Shown: in pieces, positions 1 to 12,325 of the stretch
How positions within the stretch are numbered: position 1 is the first letter of the stretch
How the letters are laid out: each line of letters opens with the position of its first letter
Source: Raillietiella orientalis
Lineage: Eukaryota
DNA: 64,000 nucleotides
Assembly (NCBI GenBank): GCA_036172245.1
Contig: JAYWIR010000012.1
Location: 1,612,001 to 1,676,000 of the forward strand
Direction of reading: 5' to 3'
Made by a program: the position numbers and the translations under genes
The notes under the pieces: model-generated
Told to the model about the DNA's origin: nothing
The model's input: the letters and a program-made list of their open reading frames with translations, nothing else
The model's database searches: none

Positions 1-520
1 AAATAAATAGGAAATGGGATGGACCGGCCTCACGCTATTCCGCCTGATTCCCGAGGCCTCGCGCAGAGAAGGGACGAAAGAGGGGGAGGAGCTCTCACCA
101 GATTAGTCCGTCCACAAGTGCTCGAAGACTTCCCGGATTGAGCCATTCCGCATGCCCTCCGCACGTGAGCGATGGTGCGAATGGCCCTCTGGGGTGTCAG
201 CCGCGTCCCCGCTCCTCCGGCTCGGCGGCCGTCGTCCCTCACACTCGGCAGAACTTCCGCGACGAGGAGGCTGGCAAGCCTGGAGACGTGACCACCTCCA
301 TCAGGAGGTCACCGGGGACGACGGCACCGCGGCACTGAAATGCTCCAGAGATGCGCTCCTGTCCCCGACGCAGCCTTTCGCATCCCAGAAGTACGTGACG
401 GAACTTTCCCTCTGTCCTGCAGCGGAACGTTCCTTGGGCCACTCTCTTCCCGCTGCGGCGCAGTGCCGTCCCTCGTTTCCGGAGAGTACCCAATATGCAA
501 GCAACATGGCTGCCCGCAGC
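1..520 (-). mobile_element. Decayed LINE 3' fragment (ORF2 C-terminal zinc finger plus start of 3' UTR), type C
   Basis: ORF 239..589(-) contains FRCRTEGKFRHVLLGC (Cx2C...H...C-like zf-RVT pattern). Bases 1-100 align with 12217-12320. Confidence 0.55.
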
Positions 521-559
521 TACCGGAGAGGGAGGGCGTCGGCGTCGGAAAGGACGCCC

Positions 560-3000
560 GGAATCTCGAAATTGTATCAGGGAATCCATTCGGGGGCCCC
601 AAGCTGGAACTTTTGGGGTGGTCTTGTTGGCTAGGAGAGGGTTCTTCTACTGGCCAGTAAACTTGGTGACCCCGGAAACCCTGTTGGTCACCTCCCATGC
701 TGCAGGAGCCTCCCTTTCCTCCTGATCCCAACAATGAATGAATGTCCTCAATGGTCGCACGCTGAGATCTGCAGAGTGTCGTCCGTGGCCCCCAGTCCAC
801 CGTCCAGTGTCCCTGCAAGGGAGGGGTTCCCAAGCCAGGCATGGCATTGCTTTTAGGGAAGGTTTTCTTGTTTCTTGGGTCCTCAAGAGATGCTAAGGAA
901 CCGCCCGCCTCTTTAGGAGGAACCCACGAAGCTCTTTGACACCGTCCACTTCACCCAAGAGTGTGTATGACTCTTCAAGATACAAGGGGTGCCCCGGGAG
1001 GGGATCATCTTATGAATCCAGGAAGAGCTACGGAGGAAGGTCCGTTCCTCTCATGCTAGGGAAGAAACACCGGAGGGAACCACCTTTTCCTTATTCTCTC
1101 TGGAGGGACTACCCGGAGAGTAGACTACTCTCACACTCCTTGTTTCTTCTCCGAAAAGAAGTCGGAAGAATCTTCCGAATTTTTTTTCCGGGAAGAACCC
1201 CTAAGGAGACCGCTGCTTGTCCCCACCTCTGAAGAGAACCCCGAAGGAATACGTTTGAATTTTCTCTGAAGGGTCGCTCCTAACGGCAGCAGCGCACTTC
1301 TTCACTCTCTGGAGAGGTATCCGTCCCCCAGCTCCATGGTACGAGATGTACAGTGCCCCCTCCCGAGAAGGGAGCGGGTCCGCTTGCACGACCAGAGGGA
1401 AACCCCCAAAAGAACCGGTTCCTTGATTCCTGGTAAAACCCCGAGGGTGAACTTCCAGTCCCGGAAGTCAAGGGGGACATCCGAGGGTTTTCGGTTTCCA
1501 CCAGTGCCTTCGCACCCGAAGCCCGCGGGCCGACCGGCGTCGTCCTGCGAGGGGGACTCGAAATCCCATTCTTCAGCGCCCTTCTTTCCCCGGACGGGAT
1601 TCGAACTCGCGACGCCGGGTGCCGCGCGCGGAGAGACGGCAGCACAACACGGCTACCAACGCGGGCCTGGCTCGGGGGGTGGTTGGACTTTCCGCCTGCA
1701 TCCGCGTTTCCGGTAATCCCTGAATCCAAGCATTCCTCTTCAGTGGATCTCCACTCGTGATCCTCCCTGAGCGACTCATTCGGGAGAAGTGGATGACCCA
1801 GACCGCTTCGCCTGCGGGTGCGTGGGAGGACGGATGCCAATCCTTCGCAGTTTTCTGCAGTCTTCGGAAGGCAACGCGAAAGGAAGCCCAGTTAGAGTTC
1901 TGCAGCCTCTCCGAGAGGGCCAACGTCCTGAATGATGCTCGCTCCTGCACCTTTTCCGTGGAGAATGAGTCAGCTCGCCTATCTTGACGAAAGGGAACAA
2001 GTCCTTAGACCACACTACAGATCTGGAGGACCCCCACAGAGATCTCATAAGGCTTGAAAACTTGGCGGCTCACCATCCGGAGTGACCGGGTAGAAAGGCG
2101 CGCAATTCATGGAGAGCACGCAAGGAAATCGTCCAAAGCATGACCACCTGCAGCACCATGCAGCTCTTCTCATCGATCTCATTCTGAATCACCCTGAAGA
2201 CACCTCCACAGAAACAGTCTGGACCCCGGAAGACCGATGTCCATCCCTATACGCTTTTCGGATATCAGGAAGAACACGTTCTTCTCGAACAGACACGCGC
2301 CGTCTGTGCCGCTGAGGTGGTGGCCTCGCAGATAGCAAGCAGTCATGTGGATAGCAAAACGTGAGAAGTTTTCTGCACCCCTTTTCTGCATCGTGAGGTC
2401 GTCACCTTGGCAACTTGAAAATCCCCCTTTGAAAGGTGTCCAAGCTTGGTGCACAGAATTTCGACTTGACGACTGCCCGCCACTGGTTTTGACACGCGTC
2501 GATGTAATTTCTTCGTCGGAACTGCCGAAACAGAAACGAGTACTGAACCGTGACGGGAATTCGAGAAGGACGGCTATCCCACCCGGGAAGAGAGATGGGG
2601 GAGGGACACTCCATTTTTAGAATTCAATGATGAATTTCAGTGCATGCGCGGAGCAGTCGGAAGAGTTTTGGGTGCTTCGCAACCTCCTGATTGATCCCAG
2701 GGCTCCAGGTTTGCAGCGTCGATGAACGGCTGGCTGGAAGATTCCTGTAGTCCCTGTGGTTTTTCGGAGTCCCGCAGTGGAGCGAGCTCACGCACCCGGT
2801 TCAAAAGGAAATCCGCCTGCTGTCAACGTGCTGCTGCTACTTCCCGACACATCGACTGTGCCCGCAGTGCTAACATGCCTACCTGCCAATCAGGTAGGAG
2901 GGCCTTCTAGATGAATGCAGATAATAAACAAGCAGGTACTTGAATCTCGTATCTCAGGATGCCTGTCTCCCTGCGCCTACAGGACTCGTTAGTCGGCACA
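560..3000 (+). mobile_element. Decayed LINE ORF2 5' part (AP endonuclease and linker), interrupted by SINE copy 1
   Basis: LEIVSGNPFG (~565) resembles the I-S-W-N-x-x-G start of L1 endonuclease, and GVVLLARRG (~617) resembles GVAIL. Heavily frameshifted; the right boundary is a guess. Confidence 0.4.
809..1667 (-). mobile_element. tRNA-derived SINE, copy 1
   Basis: Minus-strand head GCGTTGGTAGCCGTG...GAGTTCGAATCC (B-box at 1597-1606). Body is colinear with 7 other copies. Confidence 0.85.
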
Positions 3001-4557
3001 CCCTCCTCTTTCTCCTCCTTCAAGGGAGTCTAGGACATGGTGTGGATCTATCGGCGGAGGAGCTACTGCCCTCAGCATTCTGATGCAAGGCCCTGAAGGC
3101 TTTTTTTTTTTAAATGCTTTCCTGAAACTTTTCTTTCCGAATGGGGAAGGGAGGACCCTTTTGTGTGACTGGGAAACGACTGATCACTAAGATTGAATCC
3201 GCAGCCATCTTTTCGCATCTCCTCTAAGGCTGGTTGGTTTCGTGGATCACGGATAAAATGAAATTTTTGTTCAGCGGAAGGAACTCTTCCGTGTCTTTTA
3301 TCCATTTTTCTACGAGTTCACCCCGGCGCTGTCAGCAAGGGACATATAGCGGGTCTACGGGCTGTCAGGGCGAAATTGAAAAGCCTTTATGTAGCGTGGA
3401 AAAAACATTAAATAAAAAAATGGCTGCAGCCCAGTGGAAATTGAAGAAATGGGGATTCTTTGCATCCTCGTCTGCAGCTCGTGGAGCGCTCCTTGAATGG
3501 ACACGCGGCCGGCCGAGGCAAAATGATTTTCCCGTGCCTAGTTTTGCCAGAAGGGGCAAAAATAAAATGGAAAACATTTGTGGATAGGAAGACTGGAATA
3601 TCCTCTTTGCACCGCAACTAGCGGCGGCCTGAAAGCCGTTTGTCTTTGGAGTACCAAAAGCAGACCTCTCGCAGACGGCTGCTGGAGCGAAGGAAGCCTC
3701 GGGAACCGTTCGCGTCCAGGTGCTCCTGAGCGAGTCGCGGCTGCGCCCTCGCACACCCACAGAAACCGAGCAGCGGTCTAACGGCGGCTGACTTCTGCGG
3801 AAGCGGCGCGGAATCCAAAAGAGGAGACGTAATTGTGCCCCGGGGAGCGCGCTGCCTGCCGAATTACCCCTGGATGAATTCCCGTTAATATGGTAACGCA
3901 GAGGTTTCCGAAGAGCGAGTTCTTTCAAGGACTCCAAATAGGGTTACACCGGAAACCATAAATTCGCACGAACCCAGCACGAAAGTTGTTCTCGAAGACG
4001 TTCCCGATGATGGCGATTGTCTAACTGCCTTCTTTGTTTTCTGAAACCACCCGACTTAATGTGAGTCCTCAGCTGGCGTTTCGGGAAAATTTTTCAACGG
4101 GAGGTCAAGAGAGGAGGGAGACAAGAGAATCAGGAGAGGGCCTGGCTCTGAACTGGCTCCTCCCGCAGGAAGGTTAGATGGTCCAAAGACCTGCAGAAAT
4201 CTTCCAGAATGCCAGAAATGCCAAGCGGCACCTTAGAAACGGGTGGAGAGGACTTTGTGCTTTTCCTCACAGGTGGCCGACTTTTTTCTTTTTTCTTGTT
4301 TCCAAGCATTGGATGATTGAAATTGGAATGACGCAGGATCAAACTGATGGAAATGGCGTTCGCTTTTCTGGCTGTGTCCGTGAAGATCAAGTGCGTTCAA
4401 ATCAAGTGAGGCCAAATCGCTTCTCGCTACCCGCCTAATGGTCCTGCAGGAACTTCGAGGTGGTTCCTGAACCTTCCAGTCAACCTGGCGACATGATCCT
4501 TTTGTGGGATAAGAGTGCTTTCTCAGAGCGCATTCTTAGATGCAGATTCCACTGGAT

Positions 4558-5362
4558 TGCGTTGGCAGCCGGTGGCTGCGGCCTCTGCCTGTGGTGTCAA
4601 ACGTTGCGAGTTCGAATCTCGCTCGGGGAAGGACAGACGCCGAGAACCGAGAGAGTCGTAGATTTCGAGTTCCCCCCGCAAGATGACGCTGGTTGCCCCA
4701 TATTTGGGTGCGGGGCTGGTGGAAGCTGGTTGTCCTCGCTGAGTGGCCAGAATTGGGAGTTGACCCTTCAGGTCCTTCCAGGAATCAAGGACGCGGTTTC
4801 CTTCAAGGTTTTTCCCCTCCGGTTGTGCAAATGGAGCTATTCAATCTCCCCTCGGGGAGGATCCGCCTCCATGGACTCGTGGATTGATACCTCTCCAGAG
4901 TGTACAGAAGTGTGCTGCTCCCTTCGGGGAGATACCATTCAGAGAAATCGAGAAGCGTCCCTTCAGGGTTCTCTTCAGAGGAGGAAACCAGGAGCGGATC
5001 CTTTCCGCGGGTCCTTCAGAAAAAATGTAGCGGTCCCCTTCTGGGGTTTTCTCCGCAGTGAACAAGGAAGAGTTCCCTTCGAGGCTCGCTTCCAAGTTTG
5101 AGAGGTAAGAACTCCTTCTCCTGGGGTCCCTCCTGCATTTGTGGCATGATCCCCTCCCCGAGGCACCCCCTATCTAGGAGACTTACTACACGCACCCTCT
5201 GGTGGCGTGGACTGAACTCAAGAGCTCCGTAAGTCCAAAAGGCAAACGATGGTTCTCGAGCGGACCAAAAAAAAAAAAGGCCGAAAAAAAAAACAAGAAA
5301 AAGTTGAAATGAAAGCAGCTAAGACAGAAAAGAACCCAAAGAGATGCTCGTCATCATCCGGG
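4558..5362 (+). mobile_element. tRNA-derived SINE, copy 2
   Basis: Head GCGTTGGCAGCCGGTGG...GAGTTCGAATCTC (B-box 4610-4618), conserved body, A-tract at 5267-5301, partial tail module. Confidence 0.85.
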
Positions 5363-6210
5363 AGTCTGCCTCGTTTTGCGACAAGCGAGATCCGCATAAG
5401 CGATTGGGAGCATTTGACATCCAGCCGTTCCTCGAAGATACTTTCGGGTGGTTAGGAAGTTCGGTTTCCGGTTTCAGGAGTCCCACATCGGGCAACAGGG
5501 TGTAGCCTGGAAGTCCTCTTCGTTCCTCCTTTTCGCACCTTCTCGCGACCAGGGGCGTCCAAGCAGCTGCAAGCAATCCGAAGTTTTTCAAACGTCCAGC
5601 AGTCCTGCAAATGAGGCTTTGGAGTCCTGCGACTGCTCCTGGCAACTACTTTCAGAGAGTGAACAAATGAAAGCAAAGAAAGAAGCTTCGTTTTCTCAGG
5701 GACTCTTGGTCGACTGGACCACGCCCAAGGGCTGTTCACTGGAGACCCTCCTCTACCTTGTACCTCCAGGACATCGCCGGAGTATTTCCTGCTGCTGCTA
5801 CCGCCATAACCTGCTCCAAGAGGGGTAGTTCCAGGCTAGTTCGCTCCCTCAAGCCCCCTTCAAATCTCACCGCCTACAGGGTCTCACCCCTACTCTCCCC
5901 AACTGAGCAGCCTGTGACCCCCGAAGGCGGAACTCCCGGAGACCGCGAAGGATCATCCACGGTGGTTGGATGCAGACTCGACTCTTGAGTGCTACCGTCT
6001 TCAGGGGTGGTCGTTCGGCGCCCCCCTTAGCACAACCCGCTCTTCAAATGGGATTTGATGAGCAGTGCTGACCTACGGGCTGGGGGCGTATCTCAGAAGC
6101 CTTTAACGCTCTCCTCTCAAGAAGCTATCATCAGAGGCTAAGAGCTGAATCCGTTGTATCTTCGGAGCTGCTAGGCATCATCCCTCCAGAAATGCAGCAT
6201 CGACAGAGCC

Positions 6211-6645
6211 ATGCCTAAAGGCTGCTCACGAGGAACCTTCCTCCACGTCAGAGCAGCAGATCTCGCCGAAGAGGCTTCTGTGCCATCCCCGCAGCTTCAG
6301 GTGCAAATTGGCTCCTACGACCTCCTTTTCCCACTCCTCTCCTCGCTTTCACCGCCTCGATCCTCCTTTTCCTACTCACCCCAACTTAGCGACCTATCGT
6401 CCCCTGACTCTGGAACGCCATCAGGCAGCGAAGGATGTGAGGATGTGTCTCTCTGGCGCTTTGACACAGGTTCTACTCTGGAGTGCCACTTCATCTGCAA
6501 GACTGGGCACAATCCAAGGCTCTGGACTTCGACTTCGAAGGCGGAGGTCTCACTGTCCACAGCGCCGGTTTTTGGATTCGACTGCCGAACCACAGGATTT
6601 GGTGCTACCCCACTCACACGCTTCTTACTCTCTGGAGAGGCTATC
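6211..6645 (+). mobile_element. Possible LINE ORF1 remnant with degenerate zinc knuckle
   Basis: ECHFICKTGHNPRL at ~6481-6522 resembles Cx2Cx4Hx4C. No other support. Confidence 0.3.
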
Positions 6646-6647
6646 CC

Positions 6648-7003
6648 TTAGGGGGGTGAGGGGTATCAACAGCTCGATGAACGCTATGAAGCGTCGCTTC
6701 CCGAAGGGAGGGACGGCTCCATTTCCGCAATCGGAGGGGAACCCCGAAGGAAACCACTTCCTTGACTCCTGGAAGACTCCGGAAGGTCAACTTCCAATAT
6801 CGGCCAGTTAACGGGGGCATCCGTCTTCCACCTGTGCTGCATCCGAAGCATACAGACCAACCAGCGTCATTCTGCTGTGGAGGACTCGAAACCCACGATT
6901 CACCCATCCCTCGGTGTTGGTCCTTCCCTGGGCTGGATTGTAACCCTAGACTCTTGGTTCCACGCGCGGAGGCCGCAGCCACTCTGCCGCCCAACGCAGG
7001 CTC
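6648..7003 (-). mobile_element. tRNA-derived SINE, copy 3 (5' half only)
   Basis: Head GCGTTGGGCGGCAGAGTGG...GGGTTACAATCC. Aligns with the 5' ~350 nt of the other copies. Confidence 0.8.
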
Positions 7004-8346
7004 TCATGCGTGCGAAGGCTGGAATGACCACGCCGAAACCTCGGCAACCCTGCCGATTTCTGGACTCCTCGTTGTAGGAGAAGAACCCGAAGCTCATTTC
7101 GTGCTCCACCCCTGACCCCCTACCCCATGCTTTGCCCTCCCCGGACGAGGAAACCAGAGGCGCTCCGCACTTCTGATCACGAAGAACCGCCACGATCCTC
7201 GTGATCAGGCTTGGGATCATGCAGGCCGCTTGGTGCTGAGCAGGTAGGCAACCTTATGAGTGCCCCCGTGAAAGATCGTCCGTTGCACTCCTCGTCTAGG
7301 CAACCCCTACGGGCAGGGCGCAAAGTTTCGAGCGAGCGATTTCTCTGTGATTGCGTCTCGGAAGGATGCTGCAATCATCCGAGGAAATCCAGTCGGAAGA
7401 ATTCATCATTTGATCTGGTTTCCGTGCCGACGCACTGCATCGTGGGTCCAGGAAACGTGACGAATTACGAGATGAATTTTTCATGATGCTGATTAGGAAT
7501 TGATTTATTACCATGGTTCCCAACGAGAGGAGCCTTGCAAAATCAGAAACATCTCCCTCTTGAGCAATTCCTTACGGCCACAGGCGTTTCCGATCAGTTG
7601 GCAGCGAGGCCTCCTTACTTCCCGGAAGCCACGGTCGCGCGCCGCCGCCCCAGTTCTCTACTCCCAGCCTCCTCGCCGGTGAGTGCGAGGTACCGTCGGA
7701 GCCGACAGGGGAGGCCGCGACCCGGTCCCCCTTCCCGCGACGTGAGACGCAAGTGTGCGAGTCTTGGATCCTACGCTGCTACCTCCGAGTCACCAAGAAT
7801 TCCCTCGATGCGGCCGTCGAAGAGAGCCGGCGGCGTGCTGGAAGGGTCGCGCATTCAGCGTCCCGACATTGCCAACTGTCCAACCTGTCCGGGACCGAGC
7901 CTGTCGCTCCAAAATGATGGCATTTTGGAAATAAGTTCTCTGTAGTGGTCGCGCGTGAGTACAGCCAGACGCGCTTGGCGGGAGCAAACGTCTTCGACGA
8001 TGAAAGAACGGAAAATGGAGGAAGACCTGGTAGGCAAATAGCCGCAGTTTGGTCCGCGACGGAGCGAGAATACAAGAGCCCACTTGTTGCTGGCGATTCT
8101 CCTCTGTTGGCAAACAGAGAAGGTGAAAAAGTGTGCGCGGCGACGACTCATTGGATAGTACTGGTATCACTGCACCGACTTGCAGTAGACAACTCTCCAC
8201 GACGAAAAGAGGAGGCGACCTTCATGGTCACCTTCTCTTTTCATGGCTTTTTCCACGTATCCGGTTACGCCAGGACACTTATTTCAAGAGTAAACCACGT
8301 GGCAGGCTGCCACTATGACTCAAAGGCAACAGATGGTTACCAGCGC

Positions 8347-8990
8347 AGCGCCCGTCGTCAGTCCACCTTGGGTGAAGAAGCGCCGAAGCAAGTCCAAAGC
8401 CTTGCCCTCCGGGAAGGCGGACCGCGGGAGCGAGTCTCCGCCACATGTCCTCCAGAGCACTGCAGTCCTACAGGAGGTGCGAGAAAGATTCCACCGCCCC
8501 TCACCTGGAACACTTCGGGAAGGCAACTCCCCGGAAACCAGGTGCCAGAGCAATCCCTTCCCTTCCCCCAACTAATTTTTTTTGGGGGATTGTTTGGTTG
8601 GTTGTTTTTTTGGTGTTTGTTACGGTTTGCTTTCATCTTCTATTTTTGCTTCATCCCCCTTCCCCTTCGTGGATGTGATGGACCTTTCCGCCCCATCCCC
8701 TTCTTTCTAGTGTAACAATTGGAATTGGTGGGCCATCGGTTCCATCGATTTCTCTGAGAATAAATGCCCCGTCGCACCCGGGTGTGAAATCACATCCTTC
8801 TTCAGCTCGCCTCCGCTAAAGAATCGCCACAACAAATCCGTTGCAGTGTCCTGCGGTTTGATGCCGAGGAGAGTCTCCGCCACAAGTCCTCCAGGACACT
8901 GCAACCCAACAGGAGGTGCGGAAGTGAATCCGTCACCCCGCACCTTAGACATTCTGGGAAGGTAACTCCCCCGGAAACCAGGTGCTTGAG
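8347..8990. repeat. ~200-bp direct repeat pair (8347-8550 and 8791-8990) flanking the 8551-8790 insertion
   Basis: Shared blocks GAGTCTCCGCCACA, ACAGGAGGTGCG and CCCCGGAAACCAGGTGC at a near-constant ~440-bp offset. Confidence 0.85.
8551..8790 (+). mobile_element. 5'-truncated LINE subfamily B 3' UTR with terminal hairpin
   Basis: Colinear with the reverse complement of 35278-35530. Ends AATAAATGCCCCGTCGCACCCGGGTGTGAAA. Confidence 0.8.
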
Positions 8991-11529
8991 TTGATTGTAC
9001 TGAAATCCCCAGTGCAGAAACCCCAGTGCACAGCATCCTGCATCCACAGCAACGGGAACACGGAGACGTCCGCATACAGGGAAGGAACTACGACTTCTTC
9101 GGAAGCACACCAAGCAGGTCACTCCACTGAAGGAGTCCCTTTGTCCGGGAACGAGTGGCAGTGTTCACCAATTATCTCGTCTTGCAGCCATCCAGTTTTT
9201 CGATTCCTGCAATGCTGCAGAAGAACTCCCACCCCGTCGGTTGGCTGCTGTCATTTCTCGCCCTGAGTGCAGACAGTGCTGAGGCAAGGGACGAGAGGGC
9301 TATCCAGGACCACAGCATTCAATCCTGCGGGACATCTCTCAGCTGTTTGCGTAGGAGATTCTGCAGCGATCGCAGTTCTTCTGGGAGCCCTTCCAAAGTT
9401 GCTACCCAGGACTTCAGAGCATCATGCCTGGCGGCATGATGCTCTGAAGTTCGTTCCGGTTTATGGGGAGGCAGGAGATCCACGACTGGTCTACAAGTAA
9501 TGAGGACGGATGCCTCAGGGACTAGTCAAATCCAGTCCTACGGCGTAGGTTGCGCGACAGAAGCGAAAGTCCTGCGCTTCCAGCGCATCGCCGGGGCACA
9601 CCAATGGGAAGACCACAATTTTCCATACAGAATGAGAAGTCGAAATGGTAAAAGGTAGACAATGAGAGGCTGTGCAGGCTTCCGGGAAGCACTGCGGAAC
9701 ACCACCAGCAACAAATTGCCGCACACCTCTGTTCCCGTTTCGAGAGGCGGTTCATGGAAAACCCGCAAAAGCTTGCCGAACCGCTTGCTGACGGCGAAGA
9801 TTCAATCCTGCCCATGGGATTCTCGCTTGATTCGCAGCATTCGCAGGAAAAGAAGAAACCATTGGAAGATGTGCTGAATGGGAATGGATGCCGGTTATCA
9901 TTTCTTTTGCCTCTCAGACCAGGTCTCCGAGCGAGCGATGGGCACACCATCCCTGGATTCACAACGGACAGGAACAGGGGGACGAAATGAATCCAAAATG
10001 CTGAGAATGCACCCGATTGCTCTTGAGATTTCGGGCAAGCTACTCCTTCCATAGGAAACTTCCATCACTGAGATGCAGGAACCTTTTGCTGGAGCCCTCA
10101 AACGAAGAGTGCATTTCGGAGACGGCCATTCATCTCGGGACCCACTCTGGAAGTCACGCCGTGACAGGCAAAAAATGTGCTTGAGAAGGTTTGCAAATGT
10201 TCAGAAATTGTCGTGATGTGCTCATGTTGAGCGCATCATTACAGCGGGGCCGGAAAAAGAGCTACCGTGGAGAAATCGAGGATTTGTGGTGCGCTCCTTC
10301 GCGCGGAATGACGTCACGTGCAGCTGCTTTTAAACGCTGAGGTCGTCTCGTGCAGCTTTACCGATCATCAACGACGACGCTTTTTTGCGAGATGAGGCTC
10401 CTAGATCTCAGGACGAAAAAAAATTGGTTGCTAAGATGATCCGGGAAAAACTTTTTTGTTGTGTCATCTGCCTCGCCTTGTGTCATGGATAGGTCGTAAC
10501 TTACTTTGAGGATGAAAAAATCTTTTTAGAGAAGCAATGCTATGAACTGTGACATGGAGTAAATTTCTGGCACCCTGTCTCCTAAAGCAAACTTGGCATC
10601 TGCGAAAGTGATCTCTGTGAACACTGGCTTGAGAGAGCGGCTTCGAATGGAAACACCGGAAGCGTGCAACACTCGAGCTCTGATCCTTTGACTCCACCAA
10701 TTGATGCTGCATTCGACTCGGTTCGCCGATATGCAGGAACCCGTTGATCTGAGGCTGCGACCAGCCCAAAAACATGTCATTTTCCCCAAGGTTTGCTATC
10801 GTCAGCTAACGGTAGGTACCAAATTCGTGTAGCCGTCGGCTAATTCTTCCAGAGAACGCGAATGGAAATCTCATTTCCACGGCTCGCAGTTTGTCGAGAC
10901 TCTGCTTCGAGTATCTGCAGAAGTGGACAACTGCCTTGCGACAGAGGAATTCATCTCTTGATTTCTAGCACGTCTGAGTCATCGAACTACTGGAAATTCG
11001 AGTATGTTTCCGGAGCCGTAGCACGGGAACAGACCTGCCGCAGACTTGAAAAGATCTCTCCCTGATTGGAAGGAAGAAGACTACGATGTCGCTTTCTGGA
11101 GTTCCGCTGTATTTCATGTTCAGCCGACTTCATGATGCTGGAATTTGCATCCTCGTGATTCATTGCTTCGGAAATTTCTCTCCAAGAGGTAGAGGGACCA
11201 TTAGCCTGATCGCTGCGCAGTCCGTCCAGCCGAAGCAGCGTAGCAGAGGGATAGCGTTTCCCAGGAAAACTACGCAAAGGGGCTCCGAACTCCTCTACCA
11301 TGTCCACGAAAACAACTGAGAGAGAGGAGAAAATATCGAAATCCGATGCACTGCTTCCTTCTGGAGCAGCAAACAGCGCTCCACCAAATGTGGATCGTCC
11401 GTCAGACTTCTCTCTATGGACATCTTCTATGCACCCAGCACCGGATGCAAGAAGCAAGCAAGAGGCATTTTCTGAGACGAGTATTTCCGTTTGTCCCTAT
11501 CTCTTTCCGACCGACGGGGGACAGTTTTG

Positions 11530-12052
11530 GTGAGAAACCACTAAATGGTTCCTCCACCTACTGTTAGACTGCGGTGCCCTCCAGATACTGCGGTGGAGGC
11601 TGTCTTCAGTGCTTTTGCACCCGGAGGACTCCGTCATGGACTTGCTTCGGGGATTCTTCGTGAGCACCGTGATTACAACGGAGTACTGCATCTGAGCCAT
11701 CATCACAGCTCTCCGTGTGTTGGAGTCTCCGGAGGAGCAAAAAGAGGGCACCTGCGTTGCAGCAGCCTTCAAGAGGACGGCTGCGAGGTGGACTTATCAG
11801 CAGGAAGAGACCTTCAGGGAGATCACTAGCATCCAGCTGCGGTTCTGGGAAGAAAAGGGTGACCGATGCCAAAGACCCTATTCCCTACTCTCCCTTTCTT
11901 CGTTTTAATTATATACTGTCCCCTCTCTCCCGCTTCTGAGAACCCGGCCTGCGTGCCGGTAAACCTTCCCTCTGAACTTCTTTTTGTTGTTTCTGGAAAC
12001 GGCGTTTCCAGTTTCTTTGTTCTTTTTTTTCATAAATAAACGCCCCGGTTGA
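11530..12052 (+). mobile_element. 5'-truncated LINE subfamily A (ORF2 C-terminus plus 3' UTR)
   Basis: AAAFKRTAARWTYQQEE matches the A C-terminus (AFxRTTARWPHLPEE). Pyrimidine-rich UTR ends AATAAACGCCCCGG. Confidence 0.75.
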
Positions 12053-12087
12053 TCTTTTCTTTCGGATATCCAAGCCATCTATCTCAA

Positions 12088-12325
12088 GTAAATAAATAAA
12101 TAAATAAAAACAAAGCAGTTGGAGATTGACATGCGTTGGCGGGACAAGAAAATGACGGCTCTCGCAGGGGGCAGAACTAGGGAGGAACGGAGGAAGAGGA
12201 GAGCGGACAATGAATAAATAAATAAATGGGAAATGGAATGGATCGGCCTCACGGCATTCCTCTGATTCCCGAGGGCTGTCGTCTGGTAGGGAAGGGACTA
12301 ATAGGGGCAGGTTGCTCTCAGCCCG
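12088..12325 (-). mobile_element. Type C LINE 3' UTR fragment with (TAAA)n runs
   Basis: 12217-12320 aligns with 1-100. (TAAA)n at 12088-12108 and 12214-12227. Confidence 0.55.

Larger units (their letters stand above)
8270..10100 (-). mobile_element. Decayed LINE subfamily A ORF2 (post-RT region to C-terminus), interrupted by a B-type insertion
   Basis: ORF 8802..9122(-): KHLVSGGVTFPECLRCGVTDSLPHLLLGCSVLEDLW (zf-RVT). 9155-9440 is homologous to 34122-34442 and 57540-57820. Upstream boundary is uncertain. Confidence 0.75.

Noticed and set aside
1590..1667. tRNA genes at the SINE heads (also ~4560, 6940, 24080, 62720)
   Set aside because: No complete cloverleaf, and each head is fused to the same long repeat body, so these are SINE heads.
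4360..4427. U2 snRNA 5'-like words (AAGATCAAGTG, ATCGCTTCTCG)
   Set aside because: Only 11-nt exact matches, in the wrong order and without the branch-pairing GTAGTA; compatible with chance.
7945..8715. 256-aa plus-strand ORF
   Set aside because: Its second half is antisense LINE-A plus a T-rich UTR. No protein-like features.
10309..10321. GACGTCACGTGC (CRE/G-box overlap), also at 31078
   Set aside because: No gene or transcription start to link it to, and the second copy lies within a LINE remnant.
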